Assembly: GCA_965116905.1 (NCBI GenBank)
Contig: OZ220732.1
Coordinates: 1,536,001-1,600,000 of the forward strand
Direction: 5' to 3'
From: Longimicrobiales bacterium
Lineage (GTDB): Bacteria > Gemmatimonadota > Gemmatimonadetes > Longimicrobiales > Gaopeijiaceae
Length of the DNA stretch: 64,000 nucleotides
Part shown: positions 39,546-49,325 of the stretch, one piece after another
Numbering within the stretch: position 1 is the first letter of the stretch
Layout: each line of letters opens with the position of its first letter
Program-made: the position numbers and the translations under genes
Notes under the pieces: model-generated
Told to the model about the DNA's origin: nothing
What the model saw: only the letters and a program-made list of their open reading frames with translations
Database searches by the model: none

Positions 39546-40100
39546 GTTCTGCGGATGCCGGACGACGGCAACCGCTACGAGTTCATCGGGGGGCGGCTGT
39601 ACGTGACAGCGGCCCCGGTAGTTCGTCATCACCGCGTTTCAAGGCGGCTGCACCAGGCCCTGATGCGGATTCTGGAACGCGCCGGACACGGAGAGGTGTT
39701 CTACGCCCCGGTCCTCGTTGAGTTCCCGGGCACGGGCGACCGCGTTCAGCCCGATATCTTCTTCGTGTCCAACGAGAGGCGGGGGATTGTCGGCGAGAAG
39801 CAGGTGACGGGTGCTCCCGATCTAATGGTCGAGATCCTGTCGCCGTCTACCGCGCACCGTGACCGTGGGATCAAGCTGGATCTGTACGCGCGGCGCGGCG
39901 TGCGGGAGTACTGGATCGTCGACCCGGTTGAGGACGTGGTGGATGTCTGGCGATTCGAGGCCAGTCCGGGCCGCGAACGCTTCACCGGTGAGCTGCCCGT
40001 CCGGCTGGGAACCCAACAGGTAGGCACGATCGACCTCGAAGAAGTCTTCTCGCGCCACCTGGATGTGTGGGACGACGCGGCCCGTGAGGGGGCGGAATAA
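39513..40100 (+). CDS. Uma2 family (PD-(D/E)xK) endonuclease
   Basis: RYEFIGG, VQPDI, APDLMVEILSPST, KLDLYARRGVREYWIVDP. Confidence 0.92.
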   Translation: MQTTAPTTWEDVLRMPDDGNRYEFIGGRLYVTAAPVVRHHRVSRRLHQALMRILERAGHGEVFYAPVLVEFPGTGDRVQPDIFFVSNERRGIVGEKQVTGAPDLMVEILSPSTAHRDRGIKLDLYARRGVREYWIVDPVEDVVDVWRFEASPGRERFTGELPVRLGTQQVGTIDLEEVFSRHLDVWDDAAREGAE

Positions 40101-40164
40101 CTGCCGGCTCCGGTTCCTTCGATGCCGAGCTGGCGTTTGTACTGGGAGGGAACGACGGCGTGCA

Positions 40165-40220
40165 CGGGGAGATATGATGTGTCCACCATGCAGACAACCG
40201 CACCGACCACGTGGGAAGAC
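40165..40220 (+). repeat. 56-bp direct repeat, copy 2 (forms the 5' end of coxE)
   Basis: 54/56 identical to 39490-39545. Confidence 0.95.
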
Positions 40221-41381
40221 CTCGTCACCCACCTGGCCCGCTTCTGCGGCGCGCTCCGCGAGGCCGGCATTGCCGTGACCCTCGGAGACGAGATCGATGC
40301 CGCAGACTCGCTCGCCCACATCGACATCGGGGACCGCGCCGAGGTGCGGCTGGCGCTCCGGACCAGCCTCAAGGTCGAGCCGCGCGCGTGGCCGCTCTTC
40401 GACCACCTGTTCGACGACTTCTGGCGAACGGAAGGCGGGCGGCGCCATGGCCGAGAGGGACGTGGGCGGCGGCAGCGCCGCCAGCAGGCCCCCCGCACCT
40501 GGCCGGGCCAGGACAACCCGCTCGCCCAACTCGCCCAAACGATCGCCGAGCGTGGCCGCGTAGGGCCGGTCGACCCTGTCGAGGACGACAGCCCCGGCAC
40601 CGACGGGGGCCGCCCCGGCTACAGCCCGCGCGCGCTGCTCCGCCGCAAGTCGTTCGAGGCGTGCAGCGCGGAAGCGCTTGCCGAAATGGAGCGCCTGATC
40701 GAGCAGGTCGTGCGCCGGATCGCGATCCGCCCGAGCCGCCGCCTGGTGCCGTCGCCGAGGGGCGCCGCGATCGATCTGCGGCGCAGCTTCCGCCGTGCGC
40801 TCGCACGCGACGGAGAATTCCTGGATCTGGCCCGTCGCAGGCGTGCCGTGGAACTGCCGCGGATCGTGTTCATATGCGACACGAGTGGCTCGATGGACCC
40901 TTATTCCCGGTTTGCGCTGGCCTTCATCCTGGCTCTGGGCAAGGTCGCGCGCCGGACCGAGGTCTTCGCTCTCAATACCTCACTCACACGCCTCACGCCC
41001 TGGATCACCGCCGGCAACCTGACCGCCACGCTGGCCCGCTTTGCGCGCAACGTCGAGGACTGGTCGGGGGGGACCCGGATCGGCGAGTGTCTGGCCGATT
41101 TCGCTATGGATTACTTGCGCCAGGTGGTTGCGGGTGATACATCGGTCCTGATCTTCAGCGACGGGCTCGACCGGGGCGCTACGGAGTCCCTGGAGACCGC
41201 GCTGTTGGCGATCCGGCGGCGCGCGCGGCGTGTCATCTGGCTGAATCCGCTCATGGGCGATCCGAGATACCGGCCCGAGGCCAGGGGCATGAAGGCGGCG
41301 CTGCCTCACATTGACCACCTCGTGCCCGCTCATAATCTGGAGTCGCTCGAGGCGCTGCTGCCGATGCTGGGGCGGGGCTGA
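40188..41381 (+). CDS. coxE: VWA domain protein CoxE
   Basis: FCGALREAG, IDLRRS, CDTSGSMDPYS MIDAS, WSGGTRIG, SDGLDRG, WLNPL. Confidence 0.85.
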   Translation: MQTTAPTTWEDLVTHLARFCGALREAGIAVTLGDEIDAADSLAHIDIGDRAEVRLALRTSLKVEPRAWPLFDHLFDDFWRTEGGRRHGREGRGRRQRRQQAPRTWPGQDNPLAQLAQTIAERGRVGPVDPVEDDSPGTDGGRPGYSPRALLRRKSFEACSAEALAEMERLIEQVVRRIAIRPSRRLVPSPRGAAIDLRRSFRRALARDGEFLDLARRRRAVELPRIVFICDTSGSMDPYSRFALAFILALGKVARRTEVFALNTSLTRLTPWITAGNLTATLARFARNVEDWSGGTRIGECLADFAMDYLRQVVAGDTSVLIFSDGLDRGATESLETALLAIRRRARRVIWLNPLMGDPRYRPEARGMKAALPHIDHLVPAHNLESLEALLPMLGRG

Positions 41382-41441
41382 GCGACCGCCATCGGGAGCC
41401 GGCCGGGCGCGAGGCCATCCCGACGCGAAAGCCACCCCAAC

Positions 41442-41885
41442 GTGCGAATCGAAGAGAAGTTCACCGTGGCGGCCCCCGCCGACGACGTCTGGGCCTTCCT
41501 GACCGACCCCGAACGCGTCGCGGCCGCCCTTCCCGGCGCCGAAATCACCGAAAAGGTCGACGAGAACACCTACAAGGGCGGAATGGGGGTCAAGGTGGGC
41601 CCGCTGAACGCCGTCTACGCGGGCACCGTCGCCTTCGATCTCGACGAGGACGCGCGCTCCGCGGTCGTGCACGCGAAGGGGCAGGGGAAGGCGGGAATGG
41701 GCAATGCGGACATGAAGATGACCAGTCGGGTCGTTTCGCTGGGGGCGGACGAGACCGAAGTGACGGTCGAGGCGCAGCTGTCGGTGACCGGCATCCTCGC
41801 CCAGCTCGGGCGCGGCATGATGCAGCACGTTAGCAAGAAGATGTTCAAGGAGTTTACCGAGGTTTTGGGGAAGGAGCTGACATGA
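41442..41885 (+). CDS. coxG: SRPBCC/CoxG protein
   Basis: VWAFLTDPERVAAALPGA, VKVGP, GILAQLGRG. Confidence 0.85.
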   Translation: MRIEEKFTVAAPADDVWAFLTDPERVAAALPGAEITEKVDENTYKGGMGVKVGPLNAVYAGTVAFDLDEDARSAVVHAKGQGKAGMGNADMKMTSRVVSLGADETEVTVEAQLSVTGILAQLGRGMMQHVSKKMFKEFTEVLGKELT

Positions 41886-42883
41886 TTCCGCCGCAGTTCG
41901 ACTACCACGCGCCCGGCAGCCTCGACGAAGCGTTGAGCCTGCTCGGCAGCCTCGACGACGCCAAGGTCATGTCGGGCGGGCAGAGCCTGCTTCCGATGAT
42001 GAAGCTGCGCCTGGCGACGCCGGCCAATATCGTCGACATCGGGGGCATTCCGGGGCTCGATTCGATCAGTGAAGAGGGCGGTTTCCTGCGCATCGGCGCG
42101 CTGGTGACCGAGACGGCGCTGGAGGAGAGCGCCGTGGTGGCCGCGCGCTACCCGATCCTGCTGGATACGGCCAAGGTCATCGCCGACCCGCTGGTGCGGA
42201 ACCGCGCGACGATCTGCGGGAATGTGGCGCACGGGGATCCGGCGAATGATCACCCGGCCACCATGCTCGCGCTGAGGGCGCAGATGGTCGCGACCGGGCC
42301 GGACGGCGAGCGCACGATCGGCGTGGACGACTTCTTCCACGGACTGTTCATGACGGCGCTGTCAGAGGGTGAGATCCTGACCGAAATACGCATCCCGGCG
42401 CCCGGCGGGGCTGGCGGGGCCGGCGGCGGGGCGGGCTCCGGCGGCGCCCACCACGGCGGTGCCTACCTCAAGCTCGAACGCAAGGTCGGCGACTACGCGG
42501 TCGCCGGCGCCGCCGTGCAACTCTCCCTGGGCGACGACGGCAAGGTGACCCAGGCGGGCATCGGGCTGACCAATCTGGGCATGGCGCCGATCCGGGCGTC
42601 CGCGGCCGAGGCGGCGCTGACGGGCGCCAGGCTGGTGGAGCGGGGAGGCCTCCGGGGCGCGTTCCAGCGGGTGCGGGACGCGATCGCCAAGGCCCCCGAC
42701 GCCGACGACGTCATCGCGGCCGCCGCACAGGCCGCCGCCGACGCCACCGATCCCGTGGCCGACCGCCGCGGTTCGGTCGAATACAAGAGGAACATGGCCC
42801 GCGTGCTGACCCGCAGGGCCATCCGCAAGGCGCTTTCGCGCGCCGCTGGTGACGCTGGCGCCCACACGCCGGCGGGAGGGTAG
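41882..42883 (+). CDS. coxM: CO dehydrogenase medium (FAD) subunit
   Basis: [49 protein letters not shown]. Confidence 0.9.
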   Translation: MIPPQFDYHAPGSLDEALSLLGSLDDAKVMSGGQSLLPMMKLRLATPANIVDIGGIPGLDSISEEGGFLRIGALVTETALEESAVVAARYPILLDTAKVIADPLVRNRATICGNVAHGDPANDHPATMLALRAQMVATGPDGERTIGVDDFFHGLFMTALSEGEILTEIRIPAPGGAGGAGGGAGSGGAHHGGAYLKLERKVGDYAVAGAAVQLSLGDDGKVTQAGIGLTNLGMAPIRASAAEAALTGARLVERGGLRGAFQRVRDAIAKAPDADDVIAAAAQAAADATDPVADRRGSVEYKRNMARVLTRRAIRKALSRAAGDAGAHTPAGG

Positions 42884-42887
42884 CGCC

Positions 42888-43367
42888 ATGGCCAGACACA
42901 ACATCACCGTCACCGTCAACGGCGAGGCGCACTCGCGCGAGGTCGACTCGCGGCTGCTCCTCGTCCATCTGATCCGCGACGAACTCGCGCTCACCGGCAC
43001 CCATATCGGCTGTGACACCACGCACTGCGGCGCGTGCACCGTGCTGGTCGACGGCGTGCCCACCAAGTCGTGCACCGTGCTGGCCGTCCAGGCCGACGGC
43101 GCCGAGATCGGCACGGTCGAGGGGCTCGCCGACGCCAACGGCATGAGCGCGCTCCAGGAGGGCTTCATGCAGGAGCACGGCCTCCAGTGCGGCTTCTGCA
43201 CCCCCGGCATGCTGATGACCGGGACCGCGCTGCTCGCCGCCAACGCGAACCCAAGCGAGGCCGAGATCCGCGAGGCGATATCGGGGAATCTCTGCCGCTG
43301 CACCGGATACGTGAACATCGTCAAGGCGGTCGAGTACGCGGCCGCCAAAATGGGGGAGGCCGACTGA
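42888..43367 (+). CDS. coxS: CO dehydrogenase small (2Fe-2S) subunit
   Basis: [31 protein letters not shown]. Confidence 0.92.
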   Translation: MARHNITVTVNGEAHSREVDSRLLLVHLIRDELALTGTHIGCDTTHCGACTVLVDGVPTKSCTVLAVQADGAEIGTVEGLADANGMSALQEGFMQEHGLQCGFCTPGMLMTGTALLAANANPSEAEIREAISGNLCRCTGYVNIVKAVEYAAAKMGEAD

Positions 43368-45748
43368 TGGCCAACGAGACCAACGCACCCAGGACTTCCG
43401 CCAAGATCTGCGGCATGGGCCACTCCATGAAGCGCAAGGAGGACCCGCGCTTCCTGCAGGGCAAGGGCAACTACATCGACGACTTCACCCTGCCGGGGAT
43501 GCTGTGGCTCGACATCGTGCGCAGCCCCATCGCCTACGGGAAGATCGTGAACATCGACACCTCGAAGGCGCTCGAAGTCGACGGCGTGCTCGCCGTGCTG
43601 ACGGGCAAGGACCTCGAGGCCTACAACCTGCACTGGATGCCGACGCTCATGTCGGACACGCAGATGGTGCTGCCGACCGATACGGTCATGTACCAGTCCC
43701 AGGAGGTCGCGGGGGTGATCGCGACGTCGCGCTATGCGGCCGCCGACGGGGTGGCCGCGGTCGAGGTCGAATACGAGCCGATGACGCCCGTGATCGACCC
43801 GTTCCAGGCGCTCGACGACGACGCGCCCGTGCTCCGCACCGACAAGGATGGGCAGGAGGACAACCGGATCTGGCACTGGGAGGCCGGCGACAAGGAGGCG
43901 ACGGACAAGGTCTTCGACGAGGCCGACGTGGTGGTGCGCGAGAAGATGCACGTGCCGCGCATTCACGTGGCGTCGATCGAGACGTGCGGGTGCCTGGCCG
44001 ACTTCAACCCGGTCGAGGGACACCTCACCGTGTACATGACCACGCAGGCCCCGCACGCGATCCGTACCGTGCTGGCCCTGGTGGCGGGTCACGTCGGGCT
44101 GTCCGAGGAGAAGATCCGCGTGGTGTCGCCCGACATCGGGGGCGGCTTCGGGGGGAAGGTGCCGGTGTACCCGGGGTACGTGATCGCGATCGCCGCGTCG
44201 GTCGTGCTGGGCAAGCCGGTCAAGTGGATCGAGGATCGGATGGAGAACCTCCAGGCGGACTCGTTCGCGCGTGACTACCACATGGACGCCGAGATTGCGG
44301 CCGATTCCAGCGGCAAGATCCGCGCTCTGAGAATCAAAACACTGGCCGACCACGGCTATTCGGACGCACAGGCTGCGCCGTCCAAGTTCCCCGCGGGACT
44401 GTTCTCGATCTGCACGGGTTCGTACGACATGGAGCAGGCGTTCGCCGAGGTGGACGCGGTCTACACGAACAAGCCGCCGGGGGGCGTGGCGTACCGCTGC
44501 TCCTTCCGCGTGACCGAGGCCGTGCACTGCATGGAGCGGATCGTGGACACGCTCGCGCACAAGGTGGGCAAGGATCCCGCGACGCTCCGCGAGGAAAACT
44601 TCATTCCAAAGGAAGCGTTCCCGTACCAGTCGCCGCTGGGCTGGGAGTACGACAGCGGGGACTACCAGGCCGCGATGGACAAGGCCAGGGAGATGATCGG
44701 CTACGACGATCTGCGACGGGAGCAGGCCGAGAAGCGCGAGCGCGGCGAGCTGATGGGGATCGGCGTGTGCAGCTTCACCGAGGTGCTGGGGGCGGGGCCG
44801 TCGAAGGACTTCGACATTCTGGGCATCAAGATGTTCGACTCGGCCGAGGTGCGCGTGCACCCGACGGGCAAGGCAATAGCCAGATTCGGCACGAAGTCGC
44901 AGGGGCAGGGACACGAGACCACCTACGCCCAGATCATTGCCGAGGAACTCGGGCTGCCGGCGGCGCACGTGCAGGTGGAGGAGGGCGACACCGACACGGC
45001 TCCGTACGGGTTGGGGACGTATGCGAGCCGGTCGACCCCGACGGCGGGGGCGGCGGGCGCGATGGCCGCGCGGAAGATCCGCGACAAGGCGGCCAAGATC
45101 GCCGCGCATCTGCTGGAGGTGAGCGAGGAGGACCTGGACTGGGAGCCGGGGCAGTTCTCGGTGAAGGGCGCGCCCGACAAGTCGGTCACCATCCAGGACT
45201 GCGCGTTCGCGGCGTACACGAACCTGCCCGAGGGCCTGGAGCCGGGGATGGAGGCGACGAACTACTACGATCCGCCGAACCTGACCTTCCCGTTCGGGAC
45301 GTACATCTGCGTGGTGGACATCGACCGGGGGACGGGCGAGGTGAGCGTGCGCCGGTTCGTGGCCGTGGACGACTGCGGGAACATCATCAACCCCATGATC
45401 GTGCAGGGGCAGATCCATGGCGGATTGACGCAGGGGCTGGGACCGGCGCTGTACGAGGAGATTCCGTACGACGAGGACGGGAACAACCTGGCCGGGTCGT
45501 TCATGGACTACCTGGTGCCCACCGCGGTGGAGACGCCGGCGTGGGAGACCGGGCATACCGTGACGCCGTCGCCGCATCACCCGCTGGGCGCGAAGGGGGT
45601 GGGGGAGTCGGCCACGGTGGGGGCGCCGCCGGCCATTGCGAATGCGGTGGTGGATGCGCTGGCGCACCTGGGGGTGACTCACATGGAGATTCCGATTCGG
45701 CCGGATCGGGTGTGGGAGGTGTTGCGGGAGAAGGGGGTGGCGGGGTGA
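43367..45748 (+). CDS. coxL: Aerobic CO dehydrogenase large subunit, form I
   Basis: Active-site loop AYRCSFR (form I signature); RKEDPRF, GGGFGGK, QGQGHETT, GAKGVGES; order coxM-S-L. Confidence 0.93.
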   Translation: MANETNAPRTSAKICGMGHSMKRKEDPRFLQGKGNYIDDFTLPGMLWLDIVRSPIAYGKIVNIDTSKALEVDGVLAVLTGKDLEAYNLHWMPTLMSDTQMVLPTDTVMYQSQEVAGVIATSRYAAADGVAAVEVEYEPMTPVIDPFQALDDDAPVLRTDKDGQEDNRIWHWEAGDKEATDKVFDEADVVVREKMHVPRIHVASIETCGCLADFNPVEGHLTVYMTTQAPHAIRTVLALVAGHVGLSEEKIRVVSPDIGGGFGGKVPVYPGYVIAIAASVVLGKPVKWIEDRMENLQADSFARDYHMDAEIAADSSGKIRALRIKTLADHGYSDAQAAPSKFPAGLFSICTGSYDMEQAFAEVDAVYTNKPPGGVAYRCSFRVTEAVHCMERIVDTLAHKVGKDPATLREENFIPKEAFPYQSPLGWEYDSGDYQAAMDKAREMIGYDDLRREQAEKRERGELMGIGVCSFTEVLGAGPSKDFDILGIKMFDSAEVRVHPTGKAIARFGTKSQGQGHETTYAQIIAEELGLPAAHVQVEEGDTDTAPYGLGTYASRSTPTAGAAGAMAARKIRDKAAKIAAHLLEVSEEDLDWEPGQFSVKGAPDKSVTIQDCAFAAYTNLPEGLEPGMEATNYYDPPNLTFPFGTYICVVDIDRGTGEVSVRRFVAVDDCGNIINPMIVQGQIHGGLTQGLGPALYEEIPYDEDGNNLAGSFMDYLVPTAVETPAWETGHTVTPSPHHPLGAKGVGESATVGAPPAIANAVVDALAHLGVTHMEIPIRPDRVWEVLREKGVAG

Positions 45749-45881
45749 GGGGGGTGGTCTCCGTCGCGCGTCCGGGAGCTGGAGATCGTGCTGCGATTGC
45801 TGAAACGCCTGTTCCCCAGGCGGTCAAGCTAGGATCCGCAGAAGAGATATAGACAGTCCACAACTTCCACATGGCACTGCT

Positions 45882-47471
45882 ATGAAGGCAATCCGTCTCG
45901 AATCGTTTCGATGTTTGGACGACACTGGGTTTGTTAAGCTTCGGCCCATAACCATACTTGTTGGAAGAAACAGCTCAGGGAAGAGTTCTTTTCTCCGGTT
46001 CCTGCCTTTGCTCCGACAGAGTGTTGACGCTCCGACTACCGGTCCGATTCAGTGGTATGGGGATCATGTTGACTTCGGCGGTTTTCAAGAGACGCTTTCA
46101 AGCTCTAGCGAAGAACAGAAAATCCGGTTTCACTTCAAGCTCACTATACATCCTGGAAGCGTCCTGACTCACATGCGCCACCCGACCCATTGGGCTAGGG
46201 GTGCTCGACGGCGTGGTAGAGCGGAAGACCTAGTTGATTGCGAACTTACCCTTACAATTGTACCCGATCCTAAAGACAACTCCATTACTCGATTCGAGTC
46301 GCTTTCTATCCGAGCAGCGGATCAACTGATTCAGATTGGGATCACTGGCTCAGATCGGATTGCTAAGATCACAATCAATGGCCGTCAGCCACTCGAGGAG
46401 ATCTCTCAAGACCTAGCGACAGCTCCCGGCGCATTACTCCCGTCAATACACCGGAGATTCCGATCCGCCAAGGCCGAAGATGCCGATCTGCGTTACACCG
46501 TTTCCGGTTTCGGCCGACCGCTCGCTGTTGCCCAGTTGGTCGATGTTCTCCGTCCAATGTTTCATGGAAATACCGCAGCAAGCACCATAGAACAAGTCGC
46601 GCAGCGAGTGCCTTTCGGATCCGACAAATCTGTACTCGCATCCTTGCGGTCACTCAAGCACCTGGGCAAGCGATGGGCCGAATCTGTCGGCAGGCTTGAG
46701 ACGAGCAGTCGGCGCTTTGCCGAGATAAGAGACTTGTTGATTGCGAACTCGTTGGCTGCTATTCTTCAACATCTTGATGGCCAGCTGTGGCAGTTTGCGT
46801 CTGGTATACGGTACATAAAGCCTGTTCGTGCCACGGCACAGCGATACTACCGCCCACAGGACTTGGCGGTTGGCGAGGTGGATCCGGAAGGCAAGAATTT
46901 GGCAATGTTCCTCCGGAGCCTTACAAAAAAAGAGGGTGAGGAGTTCAACGACTGGATGTTCAGCGAATTAGGGTGGACGATAGACACACGCCTTGAAGGA
47001 GGACACGTATCGTTAAGTATACGTGAAGCTGAGGCGACCAGCTATAACCTAACGGACGTGGGTTTCGGTTTCAGTCAACTGCTGCCAGTGATCGCGCAGC
47101 TGTGGTCTATGCAGCACCGGCGCCTTAGGCAGCGCACGCCCTACGCGTCGGAATTGACATTTGCCATTGAACAACCTGAGCTGCACCTGCATCCAGGACT
47201 ACAAGCTAGGCTGGCGGACATTCTGATACGAGCTGTGGTATCTGCTGAGCGCCAGCGAATCGGCCTAAAGTTGGTTGTGGAGACCCATAGCGAGGCGATC
47301 GTCAATCGGATTGGTCGACGAATCGGGCAGGGTGACCTTAACCCGGAAAGGGCGTGTGTCGTATTGTTTGACTCTGACGGTACGGACGGAGTGTCGAAGG
47401 TCAGTACCGGTATATTTGGGAGTGACGGTGCCCTGCGCAACTGGCCATACGGATTCTTCGAACCCGAGTGA
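45882..47471 (+). CDS. ABC/AAA_15-AAA_21-type ATPase with DUF3696-like C-terminus
   Basis: GRNSSGKSS, DVGFGFSQLLP signature, IEQPELHLHP, VETHSE, C-terminal WPYGFF. Confidence 0.85.
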   Translation: MKAIRLESFRCLDDTGFVKLRPITILVGRNSSGKSSFLRFLPLLRQSVDAPTTGPIQWYGDHVDFGGFQETLSSSSEEQKIRFHFKLTIHPGSVLTHMRHPTHWARGARRRGRAEDLVDCELTLTIVPDPKDNSITRFESLSIRAADQLIQIGITGSDRIAKITINGRQPLEEISQDLATAPGALLPSIHRRFRSAKAEDADLRYTVSGFGRPLAVAQLVDVLRPMFHGNTAASTIEQVAQRVPFGSDKSVLASLRSLKHLGKRWAESVGRLETSSRRFAEIRDLLIANSLAAILQHLDGQLWQFASGIRYIKPVRATAQRYYRPQDLAVGEVDPEGKNLAMFLRSLTKKEGEEFNDWMFSELGWTIDTRLEGGHVSLSIREAEATSYNLTDVGFGFSQLLPVIAQLWSMQHRRLRQRTPYASELTFAIEQPELHLHPGLQARLADILIRAVVSAERQRIGLKLVVETHSEAIVNRIGRRIGQGDLNPERACVVLFDSDGTDGVSKVSTGIFGSDGALRNWPYGFFEPE

Positions 47472-47484
47472 GGGGTGTCAATAG

Positions 47485-48588
47485 GTGCTCATCGAACTTG
47501 CTGACGATCTTACCGATGGGTTGTCGGGAGAGGACTTAGCCACCATCGAGTTACTATTGCACTCCCGTCGCCTGGGTTATCATTTGCTGGTGGGAAGTGA
47601 CGATCTGCTCAGTCGTCTCATGGAACAGGAGCTATCCCCGAGTGGTCGAGCGATTCTCAAGAGGGTACATGACCGGCAGATTCAAAAGCGTGGGTTACGA
47701 GAAGCAGTCGCCTTTCGCGTTAGAGTGTCATTGACCGATGAATCGTGTGTGACAAGTCGTGGGGATCGCTCAATCATCAACATTCGACTGGGTGACTTTA
47801 GGGGCTTCGGCTCAATGTCCCCAACCGTGATTCTCGGAGAGAACATACGAGATGCACGACTTGCAGAGGTCATGGCAAGAGTCTACGCGCGTTCGAACGG
47901 AATGTCTCAGGTCAAGCAATGCGGTGTGCGCATGGGTGGCGGCGGAGACACAACAGCCGAGGTATTTCGAGAAGTCCGGGATGAAACGCGCCTTTGTGTC
48001 TGTGTAGTAGACAGCGACAAGGCGGCTCCTTCAGATGGAATGGGATCGACGGCGCGGAAGGTGATCAGGGAGGTGGACCCCGAGAAACCGTGGGCATACG
48101 TTTTGGTAACCGAATGTCGGGAATCAGAGAACCAGCTCTCTTCCAGATTAGTGGAGACCGCTGTGAATGATGATGCGACGTTGCGAGAGATGATCCCATG
48201 CCTTGAACGGCTTGATACCGGAGCCTCTGTGTCTGAATTACGGGATTATTGTGACCTAAAGAACGGCACGCTACTCGAATGGGTGTTTGCGCTGCCGGCC
48301 GGCTCGACGCGAGACTTTTGGATTCGACGAATCGGTATGTGTACAATACTGCCGCTTGTGAGGAGCGAATGTGTCGAGCGTGGTCGATGCTGTAGTGTGG
48401 ATGAGTGTGAATGCTGGCTGATGCCGAGATTTGGCGATGGGATACTGGATCGTTGCCTTGACGCGATGGAGAGGATGTCCACGCAGAAGATCTCCGAAGC
48501 GTTATGCGCCCCTACACGTCGACACTGGGTCCGTATTGGATCGGCTGTTTTCAGTTGGACCTGTGGAACGGAGAGGGTGGTGGTGTAG
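47485..48588 (+). CDS. Hypothetical protein with TOPRIM-like acidic motifs (putative nuclease partner of the ATPase)
   Basis: VILGENIRD, MGGGGDT, CVVDSDK (DxD), RESEN; Cys-rich C-terminus; 13 nt after the ATPase. Confidence 0.6.
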   Translation: MLIELADDLTDGLSGEDLATIELLLHSRRLGYHLLVGSDDLLSRLMEQELSPSGRAILKRVHDRQIQKRGLREAVAFRVRVSLTDESCVTSRGDRSIINIRLGDFRGFGSMSPTVILGENIRDARLAEVMARVYARSNGMSQVKQCGVRMGGGGDTTAEVFREVRDETRLCVCVVDSDKAAPSDGMGSTARKVIREVDPEKPWAYVLVTECRESENQLSSRLVETAVNDDATLREMIPCLERLDTGASVSELRDYCDLKNGTLLEWVFALPAGSTRDFWIRRIGMCTILPLVRSECVERGRCCSVDECECWLMPRFGDGILDRCLDAMERMSTQKISEALCAPTRRHWVRIGSAVFSWTCGTERVVV

Positions 48589-48658
48589 AATGTGGTGAGG
48601 GGATCGTGGGTCTCGTTGGGAAGGGAGCCTGAGATCTTGCATGTCGACAACGGAGAAG

Positions 48659-49321
48659 TCAGGGGCTTACCGTACTAGAACGCCCTGAGGTCGCCGCCTC
48701 GGCCAGCACCGTGGTGACGAAACGGATGCCCTTGTTCGCTGCCACCAGGCTCAGCACGACGTAGAGTAACCCTTGAGCGCTGACTAGGACGATGCACTCC
48801 CGCCCACTGATACCGAGGAAAGCTGCGAGGCCTACGCTCACGATGACGAGCGCGAAGCTCAGGTTTGTCAGATCTCTCGTGAGCAACCAGGCGCGGTGGG
48901 CCTCATCAACAGACTCCCGATCTGCGGTCGCTTTCGAGAGCCTGTACCAGAGTAGATTCTGGTCGGCCGGGTCGGTCGGTAGCGGACCGTGCTGTGCCTC
49001 TAACGCATCCATGTTGACGCGGCTGTCTGCGTTCCCGTGCACAGTGAAGGCGTCGTGACCAGGGAGCGGATTCCGCCACTTCCAATAGACCAGCACCGCC
49101 TTGAAGTCGGATGTCACGATTCCATCGAGGATGAGGGTGGCCAACGGCAGTAGCAGGGTCAGCACGAGCTTGAGGTCGATCAGAGCGGTCCACTGACGGG
49201 CTTGGATGGCCCCAAGGACATCGCTACCCGAGAACACCGCGAACACCAGGAGTGCGATCAATGTGACGAAGCCCTTCAGTCGCCCCCTGTAGCGCGACTT
49301 GATGCTGCCGCCGGTCGCCAT
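48659..49321 (-). CDS. Hypothetical membrane protein (2+2 TM around a soluble loop)
   Basis: Four hydrophobic helices; starts 4 nt after the MBL gene stop, with GAGGAG upstream. Confidence 0.7.
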   Translation of the reverse strand: MATGGSIKSRYRGRLKGFVTLIALLVFAVFSGSDVLGAIQARQWTALIDLKLVLTLLLPLATLILDGIVTSDFKAVLVYWKWRNPLPGHDAFTVHGNADSRVNMDALEAQHGPLPTDPADQNLLWYRLSKATADRESVDEAHRAWLLTRDLTNLSFALVIVSVGLAAFLGISGRECIVLVSAQGLLYVVLSLVAANKGIRFVTTVLAEAATSGRSSTVSP

Positions 49322-49325
49322 ATCC

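Noticed and set aside
42362..45682. 1106-aa minus-strand ORF, and similar long antisense/alternate-frame ORFs (4661-6877, 6793-9555, 13952-15964, 31600-33630, 36084-37991)
   Set aside because: They shadow well-supported genes; Arg/Gly/Pro/His-rich with no motifs, as expected from high-GC codon bias
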